Positions 11,019 to 24,022 are shown, counted from the first letter of the stretch. The stretch: 64,000 nucleotides of DNA from Octopus vulgaris (GCA_951406725.2 OX597833.1:43462001-43526000); one strand, 5' to 3'. A program made the numbers and translations. The notes: generated by a model not told the origin, from the letters alone.

Positions 11019-11325
11019 AACTGTATCCTGTTTAGGAAACCAGCCAAGCAGAACAACAAGTTTGACCACGGAAGAAAAACGTCATCAATTTTTTAGCGAA
11101 TCAAAATTAGATCTGACCCATAATTGTACCCTGTTAGGTGGCTAACCTTGCAGAACGGCTAGTTTGACCACGGAAGAAAAAGGTCATCAATTTTTTAACG
11201 AATCAGAATTAGACCTGACCCATAACTGTATCTTGTAAGGAAACCAATCAAGCATGGCGACAAGCTTGACTACTGAGGTAAAACGTCATCATTTTTTTGA
11301 CTAATCAAAATCAGATCTGTTCGCA
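11019..11325. repeat. Three diverged ~102-bp tandem repeats in the PLE 3' UTR
   Basis: Recurrent AGTTTGACCACGGAAGAAAAA..TCATCAATTTTTT..AATCA.AATTAGA.CTGACCCATAA. Confidence 0.8.
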
Positions 11326-11562
11326 GAGAAAAAAAATCTTTTTATAAATTTTTCCTTCCCTAAGACATACCACTGCCAGCGGGAGTGACTGTTAAGGATC
11401 TGAGAAATTGTAATTACCCCCACCTCCACTATTTTAATTCTCTCACTGTGGCCGTAGTAACAGTGACCACGGTGGTTGTAGTAGTGGTAGTGCTAGTGGG
11501 AGCAGTCGTAGTGGTTGTGGTAGAGTTTCGTTTTTTCTTTTTCGGAAGACCAATGTTTTGTT

Positions 11563-13238
11563 TTAATATTCCTGGCCCAGGGTGTTCAAACTTGGTCTAA
11601 ATTTTTTGATGAAATAAAGTTCTTTATTTTGGCGTTGCGTGAAGGTTACGCCGTCACTGAATTTGTAAAGTGGGTAAGTTGTAAATTTCGGATTTTCATT
11701 TGCAGCACATCTATCTATGTGCCCGCTTACCGGTATTTTCCGGTATTCAGGGTTTCTAATTTGTGATTTATGCACCGCCATCCTGTTACGTAAGCTATTT
11801 TTTGTATGGCCTATATATTGCCTATTGCAGCCTGTGCATGTTAAGACGTAAATTAAGTTTTCTGATGCACAGGTGAAGTTTGTTCTAATGGTGAACTGAT
11901 GGCCTTGTTCTAGTATAAATTCTGAACCTTCTACTAAGATGACACAGATTCCGCAGTTGAGCCTTCCACATTTTCTAACTGCTGGTTTTGTGGTTGATGT
12001 TGGGTGCAGTTTAGCATGGGTTAAAATCCTTTTCAAGGATTTTGGTTGTCGTTTACTTTTAATGATGGTGTGTGTTTCGAGGATCCGGTTCATCTTTGGG
12101 TCTCCCTTCAGCAGGGCTGTGCTTTGTAGTATGGTGCTGAAGGCCTCATTGTTAAGTGGGTTGTGTGTAGAGATGTAGGGAAGGATTTTTAATTGTTCTT
12201 TCTTTTTTGGTTTTGTTTGTCTCAGGTCTTCTATACTTAATTTAAGTGCCCGTTGGATTGCACTGTCTATTAGGGGCTGTGGATAGTTTCTGTTTGTGAG
12301 TGTGGTTCTAAGTTCCTGGAGACGTGTGTGTCGGGTGTTTGTGTCTGATATTATGGTGCAAATCCTTCTAGCTAGACGAAAAAGGGACATTTATTCTAGT
12401 GTGTCGTGGGTGGCATGAATCAAAGGGTAGGTACTGTTTGGAGTCTGTCGGTTTATAATAGATATCTGTCCCTATTTTGTTGCCGGTTTTCTTAATGAGG
12501 GTGTCTAAAAATGGTAATTCTTCTTCGTTATGATCCATCGTGAATTGTATATTATCATTTATTCCATTTAATAGTATTTTAAATTCCTCAAGTTTCTCTA
12601 TACTTTTTATCCCAGATGATGAAACAGTCGTCCAAGTATCTTTTCCAGTTGTTCTGGATATAGGTGGAGAAGGTGTTTCCATATTTCTCGAGTGTTATCT
12701 GGTAGAGTATTTTCTCGAGGTATCCCATCACTAGGTTGGCAAAAGAAGGCGCAGTACGCGTGCCCATCGCTGTTCCCGATCTTTGTCTGTAGAAATTATT
12801 GTCAAAAATAAAGTAATTGTTTTCTAAAATAAATCTAAGTCCTTCTATTATGAGATCTTTGTTTATGCGAGTTGGGAGTTCAAAGGAGTAGTTATTCAGC
12901 CAGAAGGTGATCGCTTCTATTCCTAGGGTGTGAGGGATGTTAGAATAAATGTTAACTACGTCGAAGGATACTAGAAGGGTTTTCTCATTGACTGTTTCAG
13001 GGAGGTGGTTGAGCATGTCTATATCGTCTCTTACGTAGCTTTTGATGTGTTTTAGGAAAGGTTTAAGAAGTGTGTCTAAGAAATTGCTGAGGCGGTGAGT
13101 CTCACATGCTGGCCCTGCTATTATCGGTCTAAGTTTAAGATCATTTGGTGAAGGGATTTTGATGAGTATATCGGTAGATGTTTTGCATGTTTCTCTAATT
13201 ATTTGGCTTTTGTGAACTTTAGGGATACCATAGAACAA
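11563..13238 (-). pseudogene. PLE reverse transcriptase-GIY-YIG endonuclease ORF, two frameshifts
   Basis: FYGIPKVHK, LRPIIAG, SFDVVNIYSNIP, GTAMGTRTAPSFAN, RYLDDCF, LPFLD, CGRLNCGIC, NLIYVLTCTGCNRQYIGHT. Confidence 0.93.
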
Positions 13239-13339
13239 ACTTGGCTTTTGTGAACTTTAGGGATACCATAGAACAAACTCGATTTGCACTTGAAGTTAGT
13301 GATGTATTCATACTCCTATATATATATATATATATATAT

Positions 13340-13690
13340 ATACGATGAGCTTCTTTCAGTTTCTGTCTACCAAATCCACTCACGAGGCTTTGGACGGTCC
13401 GAGGGTATAGCAGAAGGTATTTGCCCCTCAAGTGTCGCGCAGTGGGACTGAACCCGGAGCCATATGGTTGGGAAGCAAGCTTCTTACCACACAGCTACGT
13501 CTGCGGCAGCCATTATCGTCACAGCATAACAACCGGTAACTTAGAGAGTTGGCCAAAGAGAAACCGATAGAATAAACTCAATACTTTAAAAAATAAGTAC
13601 TGAGGGCGATCTGTTCCACTTAATTCTTGAAGGCAATGCTCGAATATGGTTGCAGTCGAATGACTAGAACGAGTAAATGATAAAAGATAA
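13340..13690. mobile_element. Rearranged SINE family A (head on minus strand, tail on plus strand)
   Basis: 13340-13505 is the reverse complement of the head; 13520-13690 is a plus-strand tail. Confidence 0.7.
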
Positions 13691-13773
13691 TATATTAACA
13701 TACGACATTTTCCTGAATTTTTGTGTGTTTTTAATTTTCGTTTTAATTCAATGTCATCTTTTATCTCTTATTA

Positions 13774-14120
13774 CCGTATATACTCGGGTATAAGACGCAC
13801 TTTTTTCCCCCTGAAAGTTTCACCTAAAGATGGGGGCACGACTTATAAGCGCACCCTATAAAAAAAAATTTCAGGTATTTTCTAGGTACAAGCCACGTCT
13901 GAAGTTCCCACACTTGGAATAAACGAAAAGGATAAAATTTTACATTATGAACAACGGTTTCTAAACTGCATGGACTTAAAGGGATAAAAGTTGTTGTAGG
14001 TAATTTTCAGCTTACTGAAAGCTCGGTTACCGAACAACAACTATGTCGGGGCGATTCCTAATCAAACTTTGCTCTCCGACATAAAAAAAGTCGCTGCGGC
14101 TTATAGTCGAGTATATACGG
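13774..14120. mobile_element. Pogo/Tigger-type MITE
   Basis: TIRs TA|CCGTATATACTCGGGTATAAGACGC and GCGGCTTATAGTCGAGTATATACGG. Confidence 0.85.
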
Positions 14121-14244
14121 TGACCTTGTGACTTTGTTCTTTAACTTACTGTAAAACAAGCATTTCAGAAGTGTAAGAGAAGAATAAGGTATGCGAACAG
14201 TTTACGATTTATAAGATATCTTAACAGGGAAAGATTTTCAGTTC

Positions 14245-14477
14245 AGGTGGTTGTGTGATTGACAAGCTGTTTCTCAAGCATGTGGGCCCAGTCCTACTGC
14301 GTAGAGTCTAGGGCGAGTATCTTTTACTATATCTCCGGGCCGTCCAAATTCTAGTGAGTAGATTTGGTAGATGGAAACTGAAAGAAGATTGTCGTATACA
14401 TAGACATATATGTGCGTGCGTGTGTGTGTGTGTGTGAGTGTGTATGTGTGTATTTGTGCGTGCGTGTATGTGTGTAT

Positions 14478-14528
<51 letters not shown>

Positions 14529-14670
14529 GTTTATCACCCACCACTGCTTCACAACTGGTGTTTGTTTACGTTCCTGTAACATACCGGTCCGGTAAAAGAA
14601 ACGATAGAAAAAGTGTCAGACTTTAAAAACAATAAATATAAAAGTACTGGGATCGATTTCTTCGACTGGA
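14245..14670 (+). mobile_element. Diverged SINE family A
   Basis: GATTTGGTAGATGGAAACTGAAAGAAG core, (TG)n, tail remnant. Confidence 0.75.
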
Positions 14671-14934
14671 CCCTGTGATTCCTATTTTACTTGGATAAAC
14701 CCTATATTCATTCGTTGTTTAAAAAACTATTATATTTTTATAATTATTAAGTCGTCAAGTATGAAATTTGTAGTAAGGTATATGGTAAATTTTGACAGCT
14801 GCTCATTTTGCGCCATTATTATATTTTGACAATCTTTACTACTTTGTTAGAAAGCTGATACATATATTTCTTCATTCTAACTCATTTTGCACTTTATAAA
14901 ATATTTATAAATCGTTTTTTGCTATTTTTGTTTA

Positions 14935-15990
14935 GAGATAAGTCGTAAATTCGTACAGTTTTGAAATATGAGTTCTTTCTAGGAAATACAGCATCACAGA
15001 CAGCTCGGAATATTAATGGAGCATTTCATTCTAATGTTATTACACAGCAGACAATATCAAATTGGTTTGGAAAATTTTGTTCTGGTAACTTTGACCTCAT
15101 AAATGAGCAACGCGATTACCAGACTTAATAATTAAAAAAATATAATAGTTTTTTAAACAACGAATGAATATGAGGGCTCATCCGAGTAAAAAAATGGATA
15201 ATGACGAACTGAAAGCCACCGTCTAGTCAGATCCATCTCAAAGTGCCCGTGAATTATCGTTGTTGTTTGGTGTTAGCAAGCAAACAATATTAGTTCACCT
15301 AGTTCAAATCGGTAAAGTGAAAAATTTGGATAAGTGGTCTACATGAACTCAATGAAAATCAGAAACAGCAACGTTTGGAAGCCTATGTTATGCTACTTTC
15401 TCGTCACAAAATTGAATTATTTTTTAATCGAATTGTAATATGTGATAAGAAATAGATCCAATACAACAACTGTAAACGTTCAGCACAATGGTTGGACAAA
15501 GACGAGCCACCAAAACACAATCCAAAAAGCAAAATTCATCAAAAGAAGCTGATGGTGTGTGGTTGGTGGTCTGGCGCAGTTGTGGTCCATTATGATTTCA
15601 TTAAACCTGACTCATCAAGTACGGCTGTAGTATACTGTAGCCAACTGGACCAAATAATGCAGAAAATTACAAAAAAAAAACAACCCCAGCCTAGATTAGT
15701 TAACAGATCCACTCCTATTTTATTGCAAGACAACGCCAAACCACACTTCGCAAAAATGACATTAGTGAAACTACAAGAGTTGGAGTTGGAAGTTCTCCAT
15801 CATCCACCATACTCACCTGACCTTTCCCCCACTGACTACCACTTCTTTCTGAATTTGGATAACGTTTCGACAGGAAAAAAATTTAATTCCGACGATGTTG
15901 TAAAACAGGCCTTCCAAGATTTTATTGTCCGGGCTGGACAAGCTACCGCTGAAATGGCAAAAGTGTATTGACAATAAGGGTGTTGATGAA
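14935..15990 (+). pseudogene. Mariner (DD34D) transposase, disrupted
   Basis: KKLMVCGWWS, LLQDNAKPH, HPPYSPDLSPTDYHFF; upstream HTH remnants with stops. Confidence 0.92.
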
Positions 15991-16261
15991 TTATACTATT
16001 TCATTTTTACTTTTTTACAAATTTCATACTTGACGACGTAGTAGATATAGTTAGGAATTGTGTTAAAACCTGGTTAAAATATTTTGTGCATTGTAGAAGT
16101 ATAACTAATTCATTCTACATAAATTGTAACAACAATACCTTGTATGGACCCACAAGAGTCATACGGACTTTAGTTGAGAAGCGCTGGAGTAAACCCTTCG
16201 AGGAAATGCTCCACCATGACCGCAGCCCAATGACTGAGACAGGTCAAAGAAATAAATATAT

Positions 16262-16690
16262 AGGCGTAGGCGTAGCTGTGTGATAAGAAGCTTGCCTCCC
16301 AATCACGTGGTTCCAGGTTCAGTCCCTCTGCGTGGCACCTTGACTATCACCTTGGGAAAGTGTCATCTATTATAGACTCGGGTCGACTAAAGCCTTGTGA
16401 GTGGATTTGGTAGGCGGAAACTGAAAGAAGCTCGTCGTATACGTGTGTGTGTGAGTGTGTGTATTTGTCTCTCCCCCCCCCCCCGCCGCCCCAGCACCGC
16501 TTGACGATCGGTGTTGGTGTGTTACGTACCCGTAACTTAGGGGTTCGACAAAAGAGACCGATAAAATAAGTACTAGGCTTAAAAACAAAGTTCTGAGGTC
16601 GATTTGTTCGGCTAAAATCCTTCACAGCGGTAATCCAGCATGGCCGCAGTCAAATGACTGAAACTCAAAAAAAAAAGAGAAATAAAAGCT
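16262..16690 (+). mobile_element. SINE family A
   Basis: Complete head, core and tail. Confidence 0.88.
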
Positions 16691-16993
16691 ATACTGCAAA
16701 CTGTTATTTGGGAACGACCTAGGACAGACAGGCTGGTAGGAGTTTTGAGAGAGAGGGGGGTAGAAAAAGAGAGAGAGAGAGAGATACTAAGGGAGATACA
16801 GAGAGAGAGAGAGAGAAAGAACAAAGCGAGAGAAAGACAGACAAAAAGAGATAGACAGGAAGAAGTGGGAAGGTATAGCAATATATGTGGTGGCTATTTT
16901 CTATATGATAAAGCTTAGGGTTTAAGTCACGACCTATCTTTGTGAAAGTTACCTTTCATAAAGCTACCATTATGAAAGGTTGTATGTGTGTTT

Positions 16994-17025
<32 letters not shown>

Positions 17026-17064
17026 CTTCCTTTGTCATAACTACATACCTGTCTACCTACCTTC

Positions 17065-17268
17065 TTGGTGGTAATGGTGGCAGTGGTTGCTTTGACAACA
17101 GCAGCAGTAGCAGTAGTAGTAGTAGTAGAAGTAGTAGTAGTAGAAGTAGTAGTAGAAGTAGTAGTAGTAATAGTAGTAGTAGTAGTAGTAGTAGAAGTAG
17201 TGGTGGTGGTGGTGGTGGTGGTGGTGCCGGCGGCGGTGGCAGCGGAAGTAGTAGTTGTAGTAGTAGTT

Positions 17269-17300
<32 letters not shown>

Positions 17301-17312
17301 TATGGTGATGGT
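17065..17312. repeat. Compound (GTA)n/(GTG)n trinucleotide repeat
   Basis: Direct reading. Confidence 0.9.
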
Positions 17313-17564
17313 ATTGAGAGTGTGTGTGTGTGTGCATGTTGTGACAAGTATATCTGTGTTGTATTGACTCGGGTGAACATTTTTTTAAAAACTCTTCTCT
17401 CACCCCACTCCAGAACAAAATTCCTCTTCTTATCAGCTCCTTCACACACCCACCCGGTTCCACATCTGACCCTCTCGTTTTGTCTCACCTTTCCCCCTCT
17501 TACCTGCCTCTTTTCCCTCCTCCCCCTTTCTTTCTCTTTCTTTTATCTCTCTTTCGTCCTATCT

Positions 17565-17601
<37 letters not shown>

Positions 17602-17869
17602 CATTACTAATTCTTTAGAATTAGCTTTATTGTACACGTTTGACCTAAATAGTTAAGTAGCTTGAGATTAGTAAACAATAAACAAACAAACAAGCCGGAT
17701 TGATAGCGTGTGTGTGTGTGTGTGTCCGATTTATTACTTGTTTCAGCCGTTAGACTGCGGCTATGCTTGCTTACCGCCTTGAATTTTTGTTCAACGGACC
17801 GACCCAATATTTTTTCGAAGCCTGGTACTGATTCTATAGGTCTATTTTGCCGGTCAAACCGCTAAGTTT

Positions 17870-18183
17870 TGGGAACGTAAACGCACTGATACCGGTTGTC
17901 AAGCGATGGTGGGAAACAAACTCAGACACGCACACACACACACACACACATGCATGCATCATGGTCTCTACCATTCGGGGACGTAAACGCACTGATACCG
18001 GTTGTCAAGCGTTGGTGGGAAACAAACTCAGGCACACACACACACGCACACGCACACACACACACGCACACGCACACACACACACGCACACACACACATA
18101 CACACATTCATGATGGTCTCTCCCATTCGGGGACGTAAACGCACTGATACCGGTTGTCAAGCGATGGTGGGAAACAAACTCAG

Positions 18184-18228
<45 letters not shown>

Positions 18229-18620
18229 TACACACATTCATGATGGTCTCTCCCATTTGGGAACGTAAACACACTGATACCGGTTGTCAAGCGATGGTGG
18301 GAAACAAACTCTGATACACACACACACACACACACACACATACACACATTCATGATGGTCTCTCCCATTTGGGGACGTAAACGCACTGATACCGTTTGTC
18401 AAGCGATGGTGGGAAACAAATTCAGATACACACACACACACACACACACACATACACACATTCATGATGGTCTCTCCCATTTGGGAACGTAAACACACTG
18501 ATACCGGTTGTCAAGTGATGGTGGGAAACAAACTCAGACACACACACATGCATGATGGTCTCTCCCATTTGGGAACGTAAACGCACTGATACCGGTTGTC
18601 AAGCGATGGTGAGAAACAAA

Positions 18621-18679
<59 letters not shown>

Positions 18680-18697
18680 GTGATGGTCTCTCCCATA
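17870..18697 (-). repeat. Seven-unit minisatellite built from a SINE-A segment plus variable (CA)n
   Basis: Unit GGGACGTAAACGCACTGATACCGGTTGTCAAGCGATGGTGGGAAACAAACTCAGA-(CA)n-TGATGGTCTCTCCCATT. Confidence 0.9.
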
Positions 18698-19070
18698 GAA
18701 GATGACAACCTGCAACAAATGATTTGCTTATAGCAATCGTATGTTCATGCCACTCATTAAGGTCACTGTCTCCATCAAATCGACGTTGTCTGAACAGGTG
18801 CTCAGTGTACCACGCGTCAGATGTCAAAGTGATCGCAGAACAACGTGGGATGAAGTGTTTTCCTCAACAACACTAATGCACCATCCGGTTTAGCAAACGG
18901 AAATCACAGTCTCGCGATCGTGTGTGCAAACACTTAGCCTTATATATCAATATTTAGCAGAAGCAACAGAGCGGCTCAAGGACCGAGATTTACTCTGTTC
19001 TCTCAGCTAAATATCAATAAAAATATCCACTCATATTTTCAGTTCTATTTTTCCTGCTTGCATCACCATG

Positions 19071-19172
<102 letters not shown>

Positions 19173-19184
19173 TGTGCGTGTGTA

Positions 19185-19215
<31 letters not shown>

Positions 19216-19226
19216 TCTAGCAATAA

Positions 19227-19264
19227 CTGTCAGATGAACGGCAGCGGGAAACTCAGAGTAACAG
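19227..19264 (+). ncRNA. Minimal hammerhead-like motif with CAGATGA core in a solo pLTR (19216-19368)
   Basis: CTGT-CAGATGA-acggcagcgg-GAAACTCAGAGTA/ACAG; palindromic stem III; stem II poorly paired. Confidence 0.5.
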
Positions 19265-19366
19265 GTTTTGTTGAATTTTCTGCTGCTTTAAATAAAGCAT
19301 ATTACTCTACCACTGGTATTTGAGTACTCTTTTTTCCACCTTGTTTCACATTTATGTGTTTACTCC

Positions 19367-19427
<61 letters not shown>

Positions 19428-19494
19428 GGGGTGAGTTCACGAAAAAAACAAAAGACGAAGACAGGTGGTGTACAAAACAAACAGTATTAGTATG

Positions 19495-19935
19495 AAGAGG
19501 ACTGTTTCACCAGCCCGGGCCGCCGACCATCCCACTGGACGCCAGTTCCCGGTCAGTTCCTAGCAGTTGATCATTTTGCAACCATCTGCCAGCATGTTGT
19601 GGACCGGTTTAACGTTTGCAGACGTCCCCGACATTTTAACATCTCCCCAGCCGAATTCTCGGTCCTTCGATGCCACCGAAGCTGCAAAGACATCATCATA
19701 AAACCGGCCGACAAGGGTGGAGCCGTGATGGCGTGGCGCGCAGACCTCTACAAGGCTGAAGCTCTCCGCCAACTTCAAGGCATCTCCTTCTATTGCCTCT
19801 GCCCTTCAACCCCACGCCTATCTACCAACAGACTGACCTCATTCACTATCCATAACCTCATCTCCTCCTCCTGTCTCCCTTCCACTGCCTCCAACCTCAT
19901 TGTCCTCACTTCACGCACCCCTACAATTTATTTCC
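19495..19935 (+). pseudogene. PLE RT N-terminal fragment preceded by an inverted pLTR end (19425-19495)
   Basis: DIIIKPADKGGAVMAWRADLYKAEALRQL...TPTIYFL. Confidence 0.8.
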
Positions 19936-19946
19936 TTCTTTCCTTC

Positions 19947-19998
<52 letters not shown>

Positions 19999-20085
19999 GA
20001 AAGTTTACGAAAATAAACAAAAGTCGAACGAAGGTGGAGTACAAACAAACAAATGTATTAGTATAGCGCTCAGGAATAGAAAAAG

Positions 20086-20123
20086 TCTTTTACGTTTCGA
20101 GCCTACGCTCTTCGACAGAAAGA
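20086..20123 (-). ncRNA. Minimal dimer-type hammerhead (A6U change) in solo pLTR 19997-20190
   Basis: TCTTT-CTGTCGA-A-GAGC-GTAG-GCTC-GAAACGTA/AAAGA. Confidence 0.65.
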
Positions 20124-20190
20124 TACACAGAAAAAAACAAGGAGAGAAAAATATACGTGTAGGAGCTAACGATCTATCATGGCGTCCTCC

Positions 20191-20239
<49 letters not shown>

Positions 20240-20242
<3 letters not shown>

Positions 20243-20381
20243 AGTAAAAATAATTACAGACATGGACAAGAACATGAAACGCCACAGAGACGACACAAGA
20301 ACCACAGGACGGGACATTCGAAGCCCTCAGTCATCAGTCAAGAACCAGATCATCTTAGCAATTTCGGCTGATTAATCTTGA
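20240..20381 (-). mobile_element. Relative of family 1 repeat, 5' end at the predicted ribozyme cleavage site
   Basis: Minus strand TCAAGA-ttaa-TCAGCC-GAAATTGC-taagat-GATCTGG-t-TCTTGA-CTGATGA...CTTCGAATGTCCCGTCC. Confidence 0.65.
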
Positions 20382-20529
20382 ATATACATGCATATATGGG
20401 TACAGGGCGTCACCAACAGTCAACAACATTAAATACGAAAACAAATGAGTTCGATAAGCAAACAACGAGAACCAAACCGCAGTTTTCTATTAACAAAGAA
20501 AATTCATTCTTCAACAAACAATTAAGAAG

Positions 20530-22103
20530 GCAGGACTGTGTTTGGTCGCCTGGGTTGGCTTACTCGGTGGAGAAGTTTGTCAAATCTTGTCATAGTTGCC
20601 AGAGAGTTAGGCCAAATTTAGTAAAGGCAAATGATTCATAGTCTATTTCTGGGCCCTGGGAACATGTGCACATGGACTAGGCATATTTTCCAAACATCGG
20701 TAACATATTCGTAATTGTAGATGCCTATTCAACATGGATCGAGGCATTCTTGTATCCAAATCGTTCGACTGAGGTGGTAAAAAGTAAGCTGCTGGAGGTC
20801 TTTGCTCGTTTTGGAGTGCTCACAGCTTTAGTATCGGACAACGGGACTGAATTTGTTACGTTAAAGAATATGCTGTCTTTAATAGGTTGCAGAAAGATCA
20901 AGGCAATTACTTACAGTCTGACATTTAACGTACAAACTGTGAAAGCTGCATTGAAGCATTTTGATTCAAAGACAGGGAATTTCGGCAACTACTTGAACAA
21001 AATTCGGGTAGTTGTAAATTATCACCGGCCGAAAAGTTGATAGGAATACCATTGAGGGTTGCTGTAAACCCATTCTTTGGAATAGGTGAGGATATGATAC
21101 ACAAAACCACGTTCGTCAAGGTTGCATACAAGGTAAAATAGGTGATACATGTCGGAAAGAATACTGCATGGATTAAGAAGGAGGATCTCCCACTGCATTT
21201 AGCGGCAGCTGAGCAACTGGCTCAGCTGAACACACGGGTACCAGAACCAGAATTGAGAACAACACCTAGCACGATGGTTCACGCTGAGTCTGCAAGAATG
21301 TCTAACAATGATGGTGCGACAATATCAAATCCCCGGGCTAAGTATGACACCAACGCCAGAGTCATAAAAGAAGTGGCGCAGCCTATTATTGACAATGCTA
21401 GCCGTCGAAGATTGAACATGAAAATTGCATTAAGTCCTCAACCGAGGCGAAGAGCAAGAATTGCGGCAGGATGTAAAAAGCTGAAATGCTTCGGGGAGGA
21501 ATAATGTGATAGTTGCATTGGGTTGTCGATTTGGTATCTTTTTTTCTTTTTTCTTTTTACTTGTTTCAATCATTTTGACTGTGGCCATGCTGGAGCAACG
21601 CCTTTAATCGAGCAACTCGACCCCGGGACTTATTCTTTGTAAGCCCAGTACTTATTCTATCGGTCTCTTTTGCCGAACCGCTAAGTGACGGGGACATAAA
21701 CACACCAGCATTGGTTGTCAAGCAATGCTAGGGGGACAAACACAGACACACAAACACACACGCACACATACATATATACATATATACGACTGGCTTCTTT
21801 CAGTTTCCGTCTACCAAATCCACTCACAAGGCTTTGGTCGGCCCGAGGCTAAAGTAGAAGACACTTGCCCAAGGTGCCACGCAGTGGGACTGAACCCGGA
21901 ACCATGTGGTTGGTAAGCAAGCTACTTGCCACACATATTCATATGTATATAGAATTCCCAAAGAAAGTCTCGTTCAACCACGTGGTATCGGGAGAGGAGA
22001 ACGCAACAAGGAACAGTAATAAGCGGGATTCACGAAAAGTGAGCTGTGTAACTTGCTTTTACGAACATTCAGCATTTGTCCTATAACAGTGAAATACAAC
22101 ACA
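20530..22103 (+). mobile_element. Ty3/Gypsy LTR retrotransposon 3' fragment (integrase, PPT, probable 3' LTR interrupted by a SINE)
   Basis: VWSPGL...VKSCHSCQ, PWEHVHMD, IVDAYSTWIEA, VFARFGVLTALVSDNGTEF; PPT GGGGAGGA at ~21493 followed by TGTGATAG. Confidence 0.82.
21545..21932 (-). mobile_element. SINE family A inserted in the putative LTR
   Basis: Reverse complement of family A. Confidence 0.88.
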
Positions 22104-23489
22104 TTTTAAGAAATTAGTTTTTTCTGTCTGTTCTATCAATATATTCATGCACAGTTTTGTCATATGTTTCCATGCTTAGTCATTTACTAGACATAGTGCC
22201 GATAAAGAGATTAAGTGCTATGCAGCCATAAAATATAGGAATGTCTTTATAAAATATAGCTTTGACTAATTACTTTCTGCTTCACAGCTCGTGATGATAC
22301 AATTTAAAATGTAGTACTAATGCGAGAGATTTCAACAGTTGCTCACAGATAAACTGGACAATTTCAGTACACTGCATATTGGATGGCATTTAAATTTTTT
22401 TTTTTTTTTTTTTTTGTACGTTCTGGTGTCTTCTAAGGGGCAAATATTCTCTGAACTGATAACACTTGTGTACTAATTTGTAGTCAAGGATCATATTTAT
22501 AATACAAGTTTAATATTATCCACATCAACTTCAGAACTGCTCACCAACTCCGAGAAGAGCTTGAATCTTTTCGCAATCTCTCGTACTGGATTGACAAGTA
22601 GTTAAAGTGCTTATTTAGAATTTTTGTTCTAAATTTATTAAACAAACATTACTATTAGTTCTATCTAAAAATTTCTTTGTAGCAATGCATTTTGGAAAAT
22701 TCAGAATAACTTTAAAGGATATCTCAACACAAATCTTTTGCTTCTGATTCATAGTGTACAATCCTGCCGTCTGGATTTTCTAGCAATTCTTTAACTAACA
22801 AAAGTAAAAATGATAGCAGAAGATAACCTTCAAATACATAGAAACCAAGAATGCGGAAGAGTTTCTTGTTCAGTTGAAACACAGCAGCACTGCCTTCTAA
22901 ACGATTACTAAAATAGCTAAAATATTTCAAATTCGTTAAATTATATTTTAAATTCTTTACATCTCTTTTCAGGTTGCAAATTTCTCCTCTGAGTTTTCAA
23001 GTATGTTTGAGAGTTTGTAAGATTCAAGTGTCTTGATAATTAATTACACCGTAACATGATGTGATAGTTACTAGTCCATGAGAGACTACACTTCATGTTG
23101 CTGTACTTCTCTTCTCTTCTCTTCAAGCTTATGGGAAGCATACCCATGCACAACATTTTTGTGGGTTACGGAGTGTTTCTATTTTATGCTAGTTCTGCAT
23201 TTCTGGGTTCATATGGGAGGTTATCAAGAAGCGAACGTTTCTTCACCGTAGGCTGTTATTCACTTCCGTATTTCAGCAATTAGCTGATGTAATTATTTTT
23301 ACTGTTATAGCTTCGCAGGTGCTGTCTGATATCATAACGCACTCGAAAGCTATCTGTATTGATTTTAAATCTCTTCTTCCCTTGTTTGCTTTTTATAGAT
23401 AAGAGTCTCTCAATATTATTACTTCTGAGTTTGTATGTAAGTATGTATGTATGTACGTACGTACACATGTATGTATGTGTGTATGCATG

Positions 23490-23523
<34 letters not shown>

Positions 23524-23564
23524 TGTATGTATGTATGTATGTATGTATGTATGTATGTATGTAT

Positions 23565-23982
23565 GGCGCAGGAGTAGCTGTGTGGTAAGTAGCTTGTTTA
23601 CCAACCACATGGTTCCGGGTTCAGTCCCACTGCGTGGCACCTTGGGCAAGTGTCTTCTACTATAGCCTCGGGCTGACCAAAGCCTTGTGAGTGGATTTGG
23701 TAGACGGAAACTGAAAGAAGCCTGTCGTATATATGTATATATATATATATATGCGTGTGTGTGTTTGTGTGTCTGTGTTTGTCCCCCTAGCATTGCTTGA
23801 CAACTGATGCTGGTGTGTTTATGTCCCCGTTACTTAGCGGTTCGGCAAAAGAGACTAGTAGAATAAGTACTGGGCTTATAAAAAGAATAAGTCCCGGGGT
23901 CGAGTTGCTCGATTACAGGCGGTGCTCCAGCATGGCCGCAGTCAAATGACTGAAACAAGTAAAAGAGTAAAAGAGTAAAGAG
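23565..23982 (+). mobile_element. SINE family A within a (TATG)n tract
   Basis: Full-length, near-consensus copy flanked by (GTAT)n on both sides. Confidence 0.92.
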
Positions 23983-24022
23983 TATGTATGTATGTATGTA
24001 TGTATGTATGTATGTATGTATG

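Larger units (their letters stand above)
10476..13316 (-). mobile_element. Penelope-like retroelement, 5' truncated, with long 3' UTR/pLTR
   Basis: ORF pieces 12588-13238, 12368-12682 and 11563-12390; flanked by (TA)n; HHR near the 3' end. Confidence 0.93.

Noticed and set aside
17870-18697. CRISPR-like repeat-spacer appearance
   Set aside because: The spacers are only (CA)n, the repeat is SINE-derived, the context is eukaryotic and there are no cas genes.
22973-23000. Possible 28-nt exon (TCTCTTTTCAG|...|GTATGT); also an acceptor-like site at ~22287
   Set aside because: Splice-like signals are common by chance, the length is not frame-preserving and no partner exons were recognised; RNA-seq is needed.
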